DNA from: Gemmatimonadota bacterium
GTDB taxonomy: Bacteria; Gemmatimonadota; Gemmatimonadetes; Gemmatimonadales; Gemmatimonadaceae
Direction: 5' to 3'
Length of the DNA: 53,108 bases
Assembly: GCA_031372985.1 (NCBI GenBank)
Contig: JANMMF010000069.1
Location: 1 to 53,108 of the forward strand
The notes under the pieces were generated by a model. It searched no databases. It saw only the letters and a program-made list of their open reading frames with translations, and had not been told where the DNA came from. A program made the position numbers and the translations under genes. This document shows, in pieces, positions 30,310 through 40,576 of the stretch (within the stretch, counting starts at the first letter, position 1; each line of letters opens with the position of its first letter).

Positions 30310-32757
30310 TCACGCCGTCGATGAATCACTGACGGCATTCTTGGCCGGCACATCGCCGTGCGGCTCGGCGGAGTCGGCCAGCGTTCCCGGTGGCTTGGCT
30401 TGCAGCGCGAGCTGGATGATCTCATCCATCGTCGAGACGAACGTGAACGTCATGCTGTTCACGACCTCGTCGGGTATTCCACGCAGATCCTTCTCGTTCG
30501 CCTTCGGGAGAAGCACTTGCCTGAGCCCGGCGCGATAGGCCGCCATCACCTTTTCCTTGACGCCGCCGATCTCGAGCACCTTACCGCGCAACGTCATCTC
30601 ACCGGTGAGGGCCATGTTGCGCCGCACCGGGCGCCGGCTCAGCACGCTGGCAATGGCGAGTGTCACGGCGGCGCCGGCGCTCGGACCATCTTTCGGAATC
30701 GCGCCAGCCGGGAAATGCACGTGGAGATCGCACTCCTTGAATTCGATGTCCTCTACTCCCAGCGTGTGCGCGCGCGAGCGGACATACGAGTACGCTGCAT
30801 CGACTGACTCGCGCATCACGTCGCCGAGCTGGCCGGTGACGGTGAGGCGTCCAGTGCCGGGCATTCTCAGCGCCTCGATCACCATCAGGTCGCCGCCGGT
30901 CGCCGTCCACGCCATTCCCGTCACGGCACCGATCTCCGGCTCCTGATCGGCGTCCTCGAGGGTGTAGGTCGGATTCCCGAGGATGTCGGTGACCATCGGA
31001 TTGTCCACGATCCACGCACCTTCTTCGCCGTCTGCCTTCTTGCGCGCGCGTTTGCGCATCAGTGAGGCGATGTTCCGCTCGAAGTTGCGGAGTCCCGCTT
31101 CGCGCGAATAACGGCTGGAGATGTAGCCGAGGACCTCGTCCGTGAACTGGATGTCCTTGTCGGTGATGCCGTGATCCTCGAGGAGCCTCGGCAACAGATA
31201 TCGCCACGCGATCTCCACCTTTTCCTCGACGGTGTAGCCGAGGACGCGAATGACTTCCATGCGGTCGCGCAGCGGCGCCGGGATGTCGAACAGATTGTTC
31301 GCCGTGCAGATGAAGAGAATGCTCGAAAGATCGAACGGCAGATTGAGATAGTGATCGACGAAATTCGAGTTCTGGGAGGGGTCGAGCACCTCGAGCATGG
31401 CAGCGGTGGGGTCACCGGAGGGGCCCCCGCTCGTCATTTTGTCGATCTCGTCGATCATCAGCACCGCGTCCCTAACCTGCACGCGTCGCAGCGACTGAAG
31501 GATCAGGCCGGGCATCGCTCCCACGTAGGTACGCCGGTGGCCACGGATCTCCGCCTCGTCTCGCACGCCGCCAACGGAGATCCGGTAGAAAGCGCGGCTG
31601 ATCGACATCGCGATCGCTTCACCGAGCGACGTCTTGCCTGTTCCCGGAGGGCCGACGAAGCAAAGAATCGGACCATGCGGATCCCCACCCCGGAGCTTCC
31701 GTACCGCCAGATACTCGGTGATGCGCTCCTTCGCTTCCTTGAGGCCATAGTGCCTCGAGTCGAGAAGCTCCTCTACTTTTTTCAGCTCGATGACTTCGTC
31801 CTTCGACGATTTCACGTTCCATGGAAGCGCGAGCATCCAGTCGAGATAGGTGCGAATGACCTGATACTCGCTCGATGCGGGGGAGAGATTCCGCATTCGC
31901 TCGATCTCGCGCCGCCCTTCCTGCGCTGCCTTCTCGGGCAGATTGGCTTCCTCGAGCTTCTTGAGGGTCTCGATCGATTCCTTCTCGCCCGGATCGCCTT
32001 CGCCCAGCTCCGACTGAATCGCGCGCAGCTGCTGGCGCAGATAAAACTCGCGCTGGTGCTGCTCGATCTTGATCTCGGTCTGCCGCTTTACGTCTTCGGC
32101 AACCCGCGCGCGGCCGACTTCGCGCTCGACGCGACCGAGGAGGAACTTCAGCCGCTGCCCAATGTTCAGGCGCTGAAGAATCTCGTCCTTGTCAGAGACC
32201 TTGAAGTTGAGATTTGTCGCGGCCAGATCGGCGAAGCGTCCCGGATCCGAGATGTTCATCTTGAGGATCGCCGGCACTTCGTCCGGAATACGGTCGATCA
32301 GCTCCGCCAGGGTCTCAGCTCCGGCGACGATGCGTGAGATGAGGTCATCGACTTCGTTCGGATCGGGCGGGATCTCCTTCGCCGGCTTGATGCGGACGAT
32401 CGGGAACGGCTCCGTCTGCACGACGCCTTCGACGATCAGCCGTCGCAAGCCCTGGAGCGTGATCTGGACGGTCTCGCCGGGAAGATTGATTCGCTCGTGC
32501 ACGCGGGCCGCCACGCCAACCCGGCCGACGAATCTCTCGGGGTCGAGCACATCGTCGTGGTCGCCCGTTGCGACGACGAGTCCGACGATCAGGCCGGACT
32601 GCTCGTTTGCCTTGAGGAGGGAAAGATTCTCCGGAGCGCCCATCTGCACCGCGATGGTGCCCAGTGGGTACACGATCGTGGATCGAAGCGCCATGAGCGG
32701 CAGCGTCGATGGTAATTCAGCGTGGAGTATGTCGTCTTTACGCTGTGCAGGCGTCAT
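30310..32757 (-). CDS. lon: ATP-dependent Lon protease
   Basis: LON N-domain, GPPGTGKTS, DEIDK, PKDGPSAG (Ser) and GGVKEK (Lys). Confidence 0.98.
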   Translation of the reverse strand: MTPAQRKDDILHAELPSTLPLMALRSTIVYPLGTIAVQMGAPENLSLLKANEQSGLIVGLVVATGDHDDVLDPERFVGRVGVAARVHERINLPGETVQITLQGLRRLIVEGVVQTEPFPIVRIKPAKEIPPDPNEVDDLISRIVAGAETLAELIDRIPDEVPAILKMNISDPGRFADLAATNLNFKVSDKDEILQRLNIGQRLKFLLGRVEREVGRARVAEDVKRQTEIKIEQHQREFYLRQQLRAIQSELGEGDPGEKESIETLKKLEEANLPEKAAQEGRREIERMRNLSPASSEYQVIRTYLDWMLALPWNVKSSKDEVIELKKVEELLDSRHYGLKEAKERITEYLAVRKLRGGDPHGPILCFVGPPGTGKTSLGEAIAMSISRAFYRISVGGVRDEAEIRGHRRTYVGAMPGLILQSLRRVQVRDAVLMIDEIDKMTSGGPSGDPTAAMLEVLDPSQNSNFVDHYLNLPFDLSSILFICTANNLFDIPAPLRDRMEVIRVLGYTVEEKVEIAWRYLLPRLLEDHGITDKDIQFTDEVLGYISSRYSREAGLRNFERNIASLMRKRARKKADGEEGAWIVDNPMVTDILGNPTYTLEDADQEPEIGAVTGMAWTATGGDLMVIEALRMPGTGRLTVTGQLGDVMRESVDAAYSYVRSRAHTLGVEDIEFKECDLHVHFPAGAIPKDGPSAGAAVTLAIASVLSRRPVRRNMALTGEMTLRGKVLEIGGVKEKVMAAYRAGLRQVLLPKANEKDLRGIPDEVVNSMTFTFVSTMDEIIQLALQAKPPGTLADSAEPHGDVPAKNAVSDSSTA

Positions 32758-32825
32758 CCAGTCCCTCTCGAGCGGCGTTGCGCTTCAGTTGTTTCAGAAG
32801 TTAACGGCGCCTATGTTTAAAGGCT

Positions 32826-34160
32826 ATGTTCGAGGATCTGAGCGAAAAGCTCGAAGCCACGTTCGCCCGCCTGCGTGGCCGCGGTGTTCTTAACGAAGCC
32901 GACATCAAGGAGGGCCTCCGCGAAGTCCGCCGCGTGTTGCTCGAGGCCGACGTCAATTTCCAGCTCACCCGCGAGTTCCTGGAGCGCGTCGAGAAGAAAG
33001 CGACCGGCGTCAACGCGCTCAGTGCGGTCTCTCCCGGACAGCAGCTAGTCAAGATCGTCCACGAGGAGCTCGCCGCCATGCTGGGCGAGCGTCGCGAAGG
33101 GATCAAGCTGAGCACCGTCCCCCCGTCCGTCGTGATGATGGTCGGCCTGCAGGGGTCCGGGAAGACCACCACCGCTGCCAAGCTCGCGCGCAAGCTGATG
33201 GCGGAGGGCCGCTCGACCCGACTCGTCGCAGCCGACGTCTACCGGCCCGCTGCGATCGACCAGCTCGAGACGCTCGGTCGCGAGCTGTCCATCCCGGTGT
33301 ACGCGGATCGCACGACCCAGGACGTCGTGAAGATCGCCCGTGCCGGCGTGGCGGAAGCGCTGCACGAGCGGGACCGCGTGGTGATCATCGACACCGCCGG
33401 CCGGCTGCAGATCGACGAGGCGATGATGCAGGAACTTCGTACTCTCAAGGACGCATTGCGGCCGTCAGAGATTTTGCTCGTCGCCGACGGAATGACCGGC
33501 CAGGACGCGGTGAAGATTGCCCAGGGATTCGACAAAGTGCTCGACATCACCGGCGTTATTCTGACGAAGATGGACGGCGATGCCCGGGGCGGCGCTGCCC
33601 TCTCGATTTACGGCGTCACCAAGAAGCCGATCAAGTACATCGGCGTCGGCGAGAAGCCCGATGCGCTGGAGGAGTTCCATCCGGAGCGAATGGCCGGACG
33701 CATCCTCCAGATGGGGGACATCGTCACCCTGGTGGAAAAGGCGCAAGCCACGTTCGACGAGGCGGAGGCGAAGCGGCTCGAGAAGAAGGTCCGGAAAGAG
33801 GGGATGGATCTGAACGATTTCCTGAACAGCATGCGTCAGATCCAGAAAATGGGCCCGCTCGAGGGGATCCTGAAAATGCTGCCCGGTGTGAACACGAAGG
33901 CGCTGAAGCAGATGAAGGCGGACCCCAAGCGGATGAAGCACGTCGAGGCGATCGTGCTCTCGATGACGCCCGAGGAGCGCAAGAATCCCGGTGTGATCAA
34001 CGGCTCTAGACGGGCCCGGATCGCGAAGGGGTCTGGTCGCCCGATCAGCGACGTGAACCGGTTGCTCGATCAGTTCCGCGAGATGCAGAAGATGATGAAG
34101 AAGATGGCGGGCGGGGGACGGATGGGGATGCCGTCCATGCCCGGCATGTTTGGGAGGTAG
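32826..34160 (+). CDS. ffh: Signal recognition particle protein Ffh
   Basis: GLQGSGKTT, DTAGR, TKMDGDARGG and Met-rich M domain. Confidence 0.99.
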   Translation: MFEDLSEKLEATFARLRGRGVLNEADIKEGLREVRRVLLEADVNFQLTREFLERVEKKATGVNALSAVSPGQQLVKIVHEELAAMLGERREGIKLSTVPPSVVMMVGLQGSGKTTTAAKLARKLMAEGRSTRLVAADVYRPAAIDQLETLGRELSIPVYADRTTQDVVKIARAGVAEALHERDRVVIIDTAGRLQIDEAMMQELRTLKDALRPSEILLVADGMTGQDAVKIAQGFDKVLDITGVILTKMDGDARGGAALSIYGVTKKPIKYIGVGEKPDALEEFHPERMAGRILQMGDIVTLVEKAQATFDEAEAKRLEKKVRKEGMDLNDFLNSMRQIQKMGPLEGILKMLPGVNTKALKQMKADPKRMKHVEAIVLSMTPEERKNPGVINGSRRARIAKGSGRPISDVNRLLDQFREMQKMMKKMAGGGRMGMPSMPGMFGR

Positions 34161-34321
34161 TGGGTCACAAAGGGCAACTGAACGGGCGGGAGGCGTCAGT
34201 GGCAGAGATGCCAGTTTCATAGTTCACAACGCCCTGACTTTTCTACAGCTGTATCGAAGCACAATCTACGAGCCTCTGTGCCGGGAATCTTTGACCAGTT
34301 ACATTGCATGACCCCAGTAGC

Positions 34322-34385
34322 ACCGGGTGCGCACCGGACCTTCCGGTGCCGCGAGGAGCCCGGTTCGAGACGCGATACGCGTCTC
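34322..34385 (+). promoter_or_regulatory. Structured 5' leader upstream of rpsP (candidate cis-regulatory RNA)
   Basis: ACCGGGT/GCCCGGT enclosing GCACCGGA-cct-TCCGGTGC, followed by GAGACGCG-ata-CGCGTCTC. Confidence 0.4.
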
Positions 34386-34415
34386 AATACACACTCGTAA
34401 GGGAGCAGTAAGGAC

Positions 34416-34742
34416 ATGGTAAAGATTCGCCTCCGCCGCGTTGGGCGGAAAAACGCACCGTTCTACCGCATTCTCGTCGCCGACTCGCAGAGCCCGCGAG
34501 ATGGAAAGTTCATCGAGATCATCGGCCAGTACGCTCCCCGGAAGAGTGAGGGCTCGCTCAACGTCGACGAAGCGAGAGCCAACTACTGGCTGGATCAGGG
34601 CGCACAGCCGACCGACACAGTCCGGTCGCTCCTTCGGCGCGCCGGCGTTCTCAAGAATCGCCACGAGAAGAGACTCGGCATCGAGCGCAAGGTCGTCGCC
34701 GTCCCGGTCATCGAGGCGAGCGAAGCACCCGCCGGCGCCTAG
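34416..34742 (+). CDS. rpsP: 30S ribosomal protein S16
   Basis: [22 protein letters not shown] and GAQPTDTV. Confidence 0.99.
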   Translation: MVKIRLRRVGRKNAPFYRILVADSQSPRDGKFIEIIGQYAPRKSEGSLNVDEARANYWLDQGAQPTDTVRSLLRRAGVLKNRHEKRLGIERKVVAVPVIEASEAPAGA

Positions 34743-34758
34743 AGCGCCGCCCTCTCCA

Positions 34759-35334
34759 ATGCCTGAGCCCGAATACGCGATCGTCGGGCTGATCCGCAAA
34801 GCGCAGGGGATTCGCGGTGAGGTAGTAATCGAGCCTCTCACCGACAAGCCGGACGTGGTCTTCGCGTCCGGCAGTCGTGTTTTTGCGGGAACCTCGAGCG
34901 GCGATCTGGCGATCGTCCGTGACGCGAAGGGTGAGGAGGAGACTCCGACACTCACGGTCTCCCAGTCGAAGCCGTTCAAGAAGGGACTCATCGTCCAGTT
35001 CGAGGAGCTCAAGGATCGCGACAGCGCGGAGCTCTGGCGCGGGCGATACCTTCTGGCGCCGTTCAGCGAGCTGCCGCCGCTCAGGGAGGACGAGGTCTAC
35101 CTCCACGATCTGATTGGAATGACGGTAGTGAGAACGACCGGAGAGCGGATCGGCTCCGTGACAACATTCTACGAGCTTCCACAGGGCATCATGCTCGACG
35201 TCAAGACGGCTCGGGAAAGCGTGATCATCCCCTACCGTCCCGAGATGGTGGTCAAGACCGACATCGACGCGCGCACGATCGTGATCAACGACACGCTCGG
35301 ATTTCTGGACGACAATTCCGATTCCACGGACTGA
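34759..35334 (+). CDS. rimM: Ribosome maturation factor RimM
   Basis: ATG at 34759. VGLIRKAQGIRGEV and EVYLHDLIG; position between rpsP and trmD. Confidence 0.95.
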   Translation: MPEPEYAIVGLIRKAQGIRGEVVIEPLTDKPDVVFASGSRVFAGTSSGDLAIVRDAKGEEETPTLTVSQSKPFKKGLIVQFEELKDRDSAELWRGRYLLAPFSELPPLREDEVYLHDLIGMTVVRTTGERIGSVTTFYELPQGIMLDVKTARESVIIPYRPEMVVKTDIDARTIVINDTLGFLDDNSDSTD

Positions 35335-35338
35335 CCCA

Positions 35339-36013
35339 GTGCCGCTCAGGATCAACGTCGTCACGATCTTTCCGGATTTTTTTCGTGGACCTCTCGGGCT
35401 GAGCATCCCGTCGCGCGCGGCGGCGGCCGGCAGCGTTCAGTACAACCTCGTCGACCTGCGGGATTTCACCCACGACAAGCACCGCACCGTCGACGACGCT
35501 CCGTACGGAGGTGGCGCCGGGATGGTGATGAAGCCGCAGCCATTCTTCGAGGCGGTGGAATCGTTGAACACGAAGCCGCCGATCGTTCTGTTGTCTCCGC
35601 GCGGCCGCGTGTTCTCCCACGCCGACGCCGAGCGGTTTGCAGCGGGTGAGGAGCTAACGCTCTTGTGTGGCCATTACAAGGACATCGACCAGCGGGTCGC
35701 CGATCATCTCGCTACGGAGGAGATCTCTCTCGGCGATTTCGTGCTGAGCGGTGGCGAAGCAGCTGCGCTGGCGATCATCGATGCGACGGTGAGACTGCTC
35801 CCCGGCGCGATGTCAGATCTCGACAGCGCGCGCGGTGATTCATTCTTCGGTCGAGAATTGAGCGCGCCGAGCTATACGAGACCGCCGGAATTTCGCGGAC
35901 ACGCCGTACCGGAGGTACTGCTATCCGGTGACCATGCCAGGATCGCCAAGTGGCGCGACGAGGAAGGCGCGCGGTTGTCCAGGGTGCGAAAGGAGAGGGC
36001 TGACGGTCAGTAG
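35339..36013 (+). CDS. trmD: tRNA (guanine-N1)-methyltransferase TrmD
   Basis: VDDAPYGGGAGMVM, SLGDFVLSGGE, YTRP and VPEVLLSGDH. Confidence 0.98.
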   Translation: MPLRINVVTIFPDFFRGPLGLSIPSRAAAAGSVQYNLVDLRDFTHDKHRTVDDAPYGGGAGMVMKPQPFFEAVESLNTKPPIVLLSPRGRVFSHADAERFAAGEELTLLCGHYKDIDQRVADHLATEEISLGDFVLSGGEAAALAIIDATVRLLPGAMSDLDSARGDSFFGRELSAPSYTRPPEFRGHAVPEVLLSGDHARIAKWRDEEGARLSRVRKERADGQ

Positions 36014-38634
36014 AGCGCGCGCAGGCCGAGCGTGACCGTCCGTCCGGTGTTCACGTGCAAGTTATCCCGCCCGGCATTCAGCACATTGGTGAGGTTGTCA
36101 CCCCGGACGAAGATCTCGGATGACGCCCACAGCTTTTGCCGGGCACTGGCGCGGATCTGGGTGAATCCGGGATATCGGATCCAGTAGGAGCGCGGTGGCC
36201 CGCGGTTGGGATCCTTCGTCAGCACCGCGGTGTAGAGCGCGATCCAGTCGTAGTTGATCCAGTCGCCGACGCTCCACATGCTGAACGACAAGGATCTGCG
36301 GGGGCCGCCGACGGTCGCAGTGGCCGATGCACTCCAGTCTGGCACTTCGAGCATTCGGTCACCGACACGCAATGTTCCGGTGTAACGGGGCGCGATGGAA
36401 CGCACCAGGCTCTCTGTCCGAGCGTAGTTGGCCGCGAAACCAACCAAGCCGATGTCGGCGTTGGCCTCTGCCTCCCAGCCTGTGTTCCTGATCGTGCCGA
36501 TATTCTGCTGCTGCACGACTCTCGGGCGCGACCTCTCGTCGACGAGCACCTGCTGGATCAAACCTTCGGCATGCTGATCGTAATAGGTGATCTTGAGCGA
36601 TGCCCACTTGTCGAAGTAACCATCGAGCCCAAGCTCCGCCCCCGACTGAGACTCCGGTGCCAGCAGCGGATTTGCTCGCTGCGTCAGCTCGGTCAGCTGC
36701 ACCAGCCGGTCGGCGTCCATGGCAGGTGGACGGATACCCTTCCCATACGACGCGCGCGTCTTAAGAGTGAACTTGCCGATATCGCCGATGACCACTGCCC
36801 CCAGCTGCGGGAGGCGAGCGCCGCCGTACGCATTACCGAACGACGTATTCCATTCTCCGCGCAAGCCGCCGGTCAGGAAGACAACCTGACCGAGGGACAC
36901 CGTCGCCTGAGTGAAAAGACCGTGACTCGACTCGGATTCGACGCCGCCGGGCGAGAGCAATCTTCCTTCACTATAGACGGCGTCACTGGCGTGCCTTAGA
37001 TGAGAGGCGTCGAGCCCAAAGGCCAGCGATGTCCCAATGATGCCAGCCGACCCCGGTGACAGGTCAGTCGCGAGCCTCAGCGACTTGCGCTCAAACGCGC
37101 CCCTGGCCGCGACGAGAACCGAGTCGGCCGGACTGATGAATGGCACCGGAGTTCCGACTCCTTCGAGGGAAAAGCGGTCGTAGCCGGCAGTCGCGAGGAG
37201 CTTCAGGTGCGAAGACGGCGCGAAGCGTATGGTTCCTCCGGCTGTCCCATGGTGGGCGGCCCGTACCGGATTATCCACCGCGTGTAGCACCGGGACTCCG
37301 AGCTGTACGAGTATCGGATTGGTCGCCGCACCGCCGTCCACATTGTTTTGGTGCAGCTCAATGTCCGCGCTTGCCTTGCTGGTCCCAGCGTGCACCCTTC
37401 CGAAAGCGGAGCTCTGGCTCGCCGAACCGCCCTGCACGTACGCGCCGGTTGTTTGCCTTTTTCCTCCCGCGAGGAAGGACGCACTGGCGTTCGCTCCGCC
37501 GACCGAGCCACTCACCTCGCGCGTAGGAGCGGAGCCGGCCACGAAGCGACTGCGCATTCTTCCCTCGGCAGCAGAAAGGGTGAAGCGCGGGCGTCCGGTC
37601 ATCGCACCGCGGCCGTCCTTGGTCACGATCTGGATTACACCGCTGCTTGCATCAGAGCCGTGAAGAGCCGCACCCTGTGGACCACGAATTACCTCAATGC
37701 GCTCGATCATCGAGGGATCGAGCATTGATCCGAGAAACGGAGCGGCGACTTCGATCCCGTCGATGTATGTCTTGAAATAATTGATGGAGAACGAAGCCGC
37801 GCCGCGAACGCTTCCGAGGTGGCTGATGAGAGAGGACGGACCATCGTCCCAACCCACGACCCCGGGAATCAGTCCTCGAAAGATGTCATCGAGGGACCCC
37901 AGCTCGAGATTCCGCAACTTCGCGCCGCTAAGTACCGTCACCGCGCTCGCGAGCGACTGCTCGGCGGAGCCGCCGAGCGTTCCCATTACGACGATGCGAT
38001 CGAGAGGGAGCGGTGCGGGCTCCAGAGCTATGCGGAGCCGGCTCGCGAGCGCGGAATCTTCGGGCGGAGCTACCGCGCGGGCTATGTAGCCGATTTTGCG
38101 GACGAGCACGACACCCGCACCCGCAGGAAGTCGGAGTCCGGAGAAGAGTCCAGCGTAGTTAGTGACGCGCGCGACCCTTCCATCCACAAGTAGTGAAGCG
38201 CCGTCGAGCGGCGCACCGCTGTTGGCGTCCAGGACCACACCGGAGAGGGGCAGCGAGGCCACGCTTCCGGTCGGCGCCAGAACAATCAGGTCGTCGGTGA
38301 TAAACCTCGCTTCGAGTTTCGAGCCTCCGAGTATCTCGGCCAGGGCGGCGCCGGCGGTGATCGAGCGCTGATGCAGTGACACGCGGCGCTCGCCGAGGAG
38401 CTCGCGGCTGTAGGAGATGCGGGCACTCGCGTCCCGGGCGATGGCGGACACCGCATCGGAAAGCGCGGTGTCCGTCAGGTCTACCCTGATCACGCGTTCC
38501 AACGGATTGCCCCCCGGGGAGGCGGCGAAGCTCTTGAAGAGCGCCGTGGCCGCCTGGGCATCGAGCCGAAATGGTGTGGCGAGCGAAGCGATGGAAAGAA
38601 TCGTCGCAACACCGGCTCTCAGATTCATTCTCAC
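36007..38634 (-). CDS. TonB-dependent outer-membrane transducer (N-terminal STN-like domain, CarboxypepD-like domain, plug, barrel)
   Basis: Signal peptide; STN-like region ...AGAALAEILGGSKL; LSGVVLDANSGAPL; plug YIDG...IERIEVIRGPQGAALHG...GVIQIVTK; C-terminal LRALY. Confidence 0.9.
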   Translation of the reverse strand: MRMNLRAGVATILSIASLATPFRLDAQAATALFKSFAASPGGNPLERVIRVDLTDTALSDAVSAIARDASARISYSRELLGERRVSLHQRSITAGAALAEILGGSKLEARFITDDLIVLAPTGSVASLPLSGVVLDANSGAPLDGASLLVDGRVARVTNYAGLFSGLRLPAGAGVVLVRKIGYIARAVAPPEDSALASRLRIALEPAPLPLDRIVVMGTLGGSAEQSLASAVTVLSGAKLRNLELGSLDDIFRGLIPGVVGWDDGPSSLISHLGSVRGAASFSINYFKTYIDGIEVAAPFLGSMLDPSMIERIEVIRGPQGAALHGSDASSGVIQIVTKDGRGAMTGRPRFTLSAAEGRMRSRFVAGSAPTREVSGSVGGANASASFLAGGKRQTTGAYVQGGSASQSSAFGRVHAGTSKASADIELHQNNVDGGAATNPILVQLGVPVLHAVDNPVRAAHHGTAGGTIRFAPSSHLKLLATAGYDRFSLEGVGTPVPFISPADSVLVAARGAFERKSLRLATDLSPGSAGIIGTSLAFGLDASHLRHASDAVYSEGRLLSPGGVESESSHGLFTQATVSLGQVVFLTGGLRGEWNTSFGNAYGGARLPQLGAVVIGDIGKFTLKTRASYGKGIRPPAMDADRLVQLTELTQRANPLLAPESQSGAELGLDGYFDKWASLKITYYDQHAEGLIQQVLVDERSRPRVVQQQNIGTIRNTGWEAEANADIGLVGFAANYARTESLVRSIAPRYTGTLRVGDRMLEVPDWSASATATVGGPRRSLSFSMWSVGDWINYDWIALYTAVLTKDPNRGPPRSYWIRYPGFTQIRASARQKLWASSEIFVRGDNLTNVLNAGRDNLHVNTGRTVTLGLRALY

Positions 38635-39692
38635 CGAGGCCCCGGGCTGAACGTCAGGTGACGACCGTCGAGCCGGTACACGATTCCCAGCGTCTGTGTG
38701 ATTACCTGAACGACTGCCTCCGCGGGCTCACCAGCGAACCGCGCGCTGAGCGTTCGCGCTGCGAGAGTAGGGTCGGTCATGGTGATGTCGAGTCCGTACC
38801 ACCGGTGAAGCTCCAGGATCACTTCCGCAAGCGTCGCGTCGCGGAACACGATCTCTCCACGCGTCCACGCCAGCGCGTCCGCCGTCTGGCCGCTGGCAAG
38901 GAGTCGTGGCGCACCGGATCCCTCCACGGTAGCAGCGGATCCTGCTGCCAACTGCAACGGGAGCGAAGACTTCGCCAGCGCACTTCGAAGCGACACGACG
39001 CCCTCGACGACGGAAACCTCGGACCGCGCGGTACCCGGTATCGAGCGGACATTGAAAGCGGTTCCGATGTCTTCGACCAGAGCCGTAGCGGTCTGCACCG
39101 TAAGGCGACGACGCGGGTCGTGCGCGACGGTGAAATACCCCTCTCCGTTCAGGCGCAGCCTGCGCTGCCCGTCGTTTGAGCGTCGTCCTACTTCAAGTGA
39201 GGTTGACGGGGCGAGCATCACGGTGATTCCGTCGTCCAGCCTGATCGTCCTCCGCTCGCCGACCGCTGTAGCAACGGTTTGCAAGTCGTTCGCTCCGGTC
39301 GAAGGAGAGAAGGGGGAGTGCCAGGTGCCGGTGGCCAAAAGGACGATGATGCTGGCGGCGGCCAGAGCAGGGAGGGCCCAGTACGCCGCTCGGGTTCTCG
39401 AACCAAACGCGGATTCCCGCCTTGTCCCAATCACGATGGGTTGGCGACCCGCGCCTTCGATGACGCGGAGCGGACGCTGGTCCATCGCCGCGCTCAGCCT
39501 TGACCACGCCGCCTCCACGTCGACGCTGACAGCGGGATTTTCAGACGACTGGAGAGTTGACGCCAGCGAGGACAAGAGCGCTGAAGCATCCGGATTCCCG
39601 GACATCCAGGCCTCGAATTCGACCTTTTCCCGGGGCGAGCATTCGCCGGCCAGGTACTTTGCCGCGCGAGTCCAATCGATCTGATCGGTCAT
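38631..39692 (-). CDS. fecR: FecR-family anti-sigma / transmembrane sensor
   Basis: N-terminal KYLAGECSPRE..FEAW, one TM, TAVGERRTIRLDDG, GEGYFTVAHD, IGTAFNV, AWTRGEIVF. Confidence 0.92.
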   Translation of the reverse strand: MTDQIDWTRAAKYLAGECSPREKVEFEAWMSGNPDASALLSSLASTLQSSENPAVSVDVEAAWSRLSAAMDQRPLRVIEGAGRQPIVIGTRRESAFGSRTRAAYWALPALAAASIIVLLATGTWHSPFSPSTGANDLQTVATAVGERRTIRLDDGITVMLAPSTSLEVGRRSNDGQRRLRLNGEGYFTVAHDPRRRLTVQTATALVEDIGTAFNVRSIPGTARSEVSVVEGVVSLRSALAKSSLPLQLAAGSAATVEGSGAPRLLASGQTADALAWTRGEIVFRDATLAEVILELHRWYGLDITMTDPTLAARTLSARFAGEPAEAVVQVITQTLGIVYRLDGRHLTFSPGPR

Positions 39693-39707
39693 GGTCTTGG
39701 GGTTGTT

Positions 39708-39745
39708 TGCTTATATGACACCTTAACCCGGGAACCCCCTGACAC
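39708..39745 (-). promoter_or_regulatory. Putative ECF-sigma promoter of fecR-TBDR
   Basis: GTGTCAGGG-N15-GTGTCAT-ATAAGCA. The same motif occurs at 40483-40520. Confidence 0.7.
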
Positions 39746-39898
39746 CCAGGAGAAAGCTTTTTGTCTGGCGGGAACCCTCTAATTGGACGCTTGAGGCGGG
39801 GCCTGGTTGCGCGTTCTCCGTGAACTTCGTCGGACATTGTACGACAGAGACGAAACCGACCCGCCGACCGCTTTTCTACCAACCCCCAGTAATCGCAA

Positions 39899-40417
39899 GT
39901 GACAAGTCCTTCTGAGGCCGCCGAACGCGCTGAATTTGAGAGGATTTTCCGGTCGAATTACCCGGCCCTGGTGGGCTTTGGCGCGCGCTTTACCGGCTCC
40001 GTCGCCACCTCCGAGGAAGTCGTACAGGAGGTCTTCCTTGCTCTGTGGAGGCAACGGGAGACAATGCCGCCCGCGGAAAAGGTTCGCCCGTATCTGTACC
40101 GAGCCGTGCACAATCGCGCACTCAATGTGGTGAGGCACGAGAGGGTCGTTCACGCTCGCGAAGCGCAGATGGCAGAGCCGTCATTCGCGCCCCCGTCGGA
40201 CGAGACGCTCCTGATCGCGGAAACGGCGAGACTCGTTCGCGCTGCGGTGGATAGACTGCCAGAGAGGTGCCGCCTCATCTTCACGCTGAGTCGCGAGCAG
40301 AAGTTGACTTACGCGGAGATCGCCCAGGTCGCCGGAGTAAGCATCAAAACCGTCGAAACCCAGATGGGACGGGCGCTCCGCTCTCTTCGAGCTTCATTGG
40401 CGGACCTCAATAGGTAG
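39899..40417 (+). CDS. ECF RNA polymerase sigma-70 factor (FecI-like)
   Basis: EEVVQEVFLALW, YLYRAVHNRALN and LPERCRLIF...TYAEIA...SIKTVETQMGRAL. Divergent from fecR. Confidence 0.95.
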   Translation: MTSPSEAAERAEFERIFRSNYPALVGFGARFTGSVATSEEVVQEVFLALWRQRETMPPAEKVRPYLYRAVHNRALNVVRHERVVHAREAQMAEPSFAPPSDETLLIAETARLVRAAVDRLPERCRLIFTLSREQKLTYAEIAQVAGVSIKTVETQMGRALRSLRASLADLNR

Positions 40418-40482
40418 CCCCTCCGCCTTCGAGCCTCGACTCCGAGGCTGGACCGGAGACTTGCGGTCCCAAATATCCTCCT

Positions 40483-40520
40483 GTGTCAGGGTCCCGACCC
40501 TCCAGCGTGTCTTGAGAGCA
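40483..40520 (+). promoter_or_regulatory. Putative ECF-sigma promoter of the Cys-repeat lipoprotein
   Basis: GTGTCAGGG-N15-GTGTCTT-GAGAGCA, with the same spacing as the fecR copy. Confidence 0.7.
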
Positions 40521-40576
40521 TGACACGCGTTGGCGACAACCCGCCGGCGCACGATTGGCACCCTAACGGAGGCACC

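Noticed and set aside
34320-34365. Possible SRP RNA (ffs) next to ffh
   Set aside because: Contains CCGGAAGG on the minus strand but lacks the CAGG...GGAA...AGCAG helix-8 pattern. Kept only as an rpsP leader candidate.
40543-40559. GG-N10-GC as a sigma54 promoter for the lipoprotein
   Set aside because: The -12 box reads TGGC rather than TTGC and lies too close to the SD. The duplicated ECF-type motif explains the region better.
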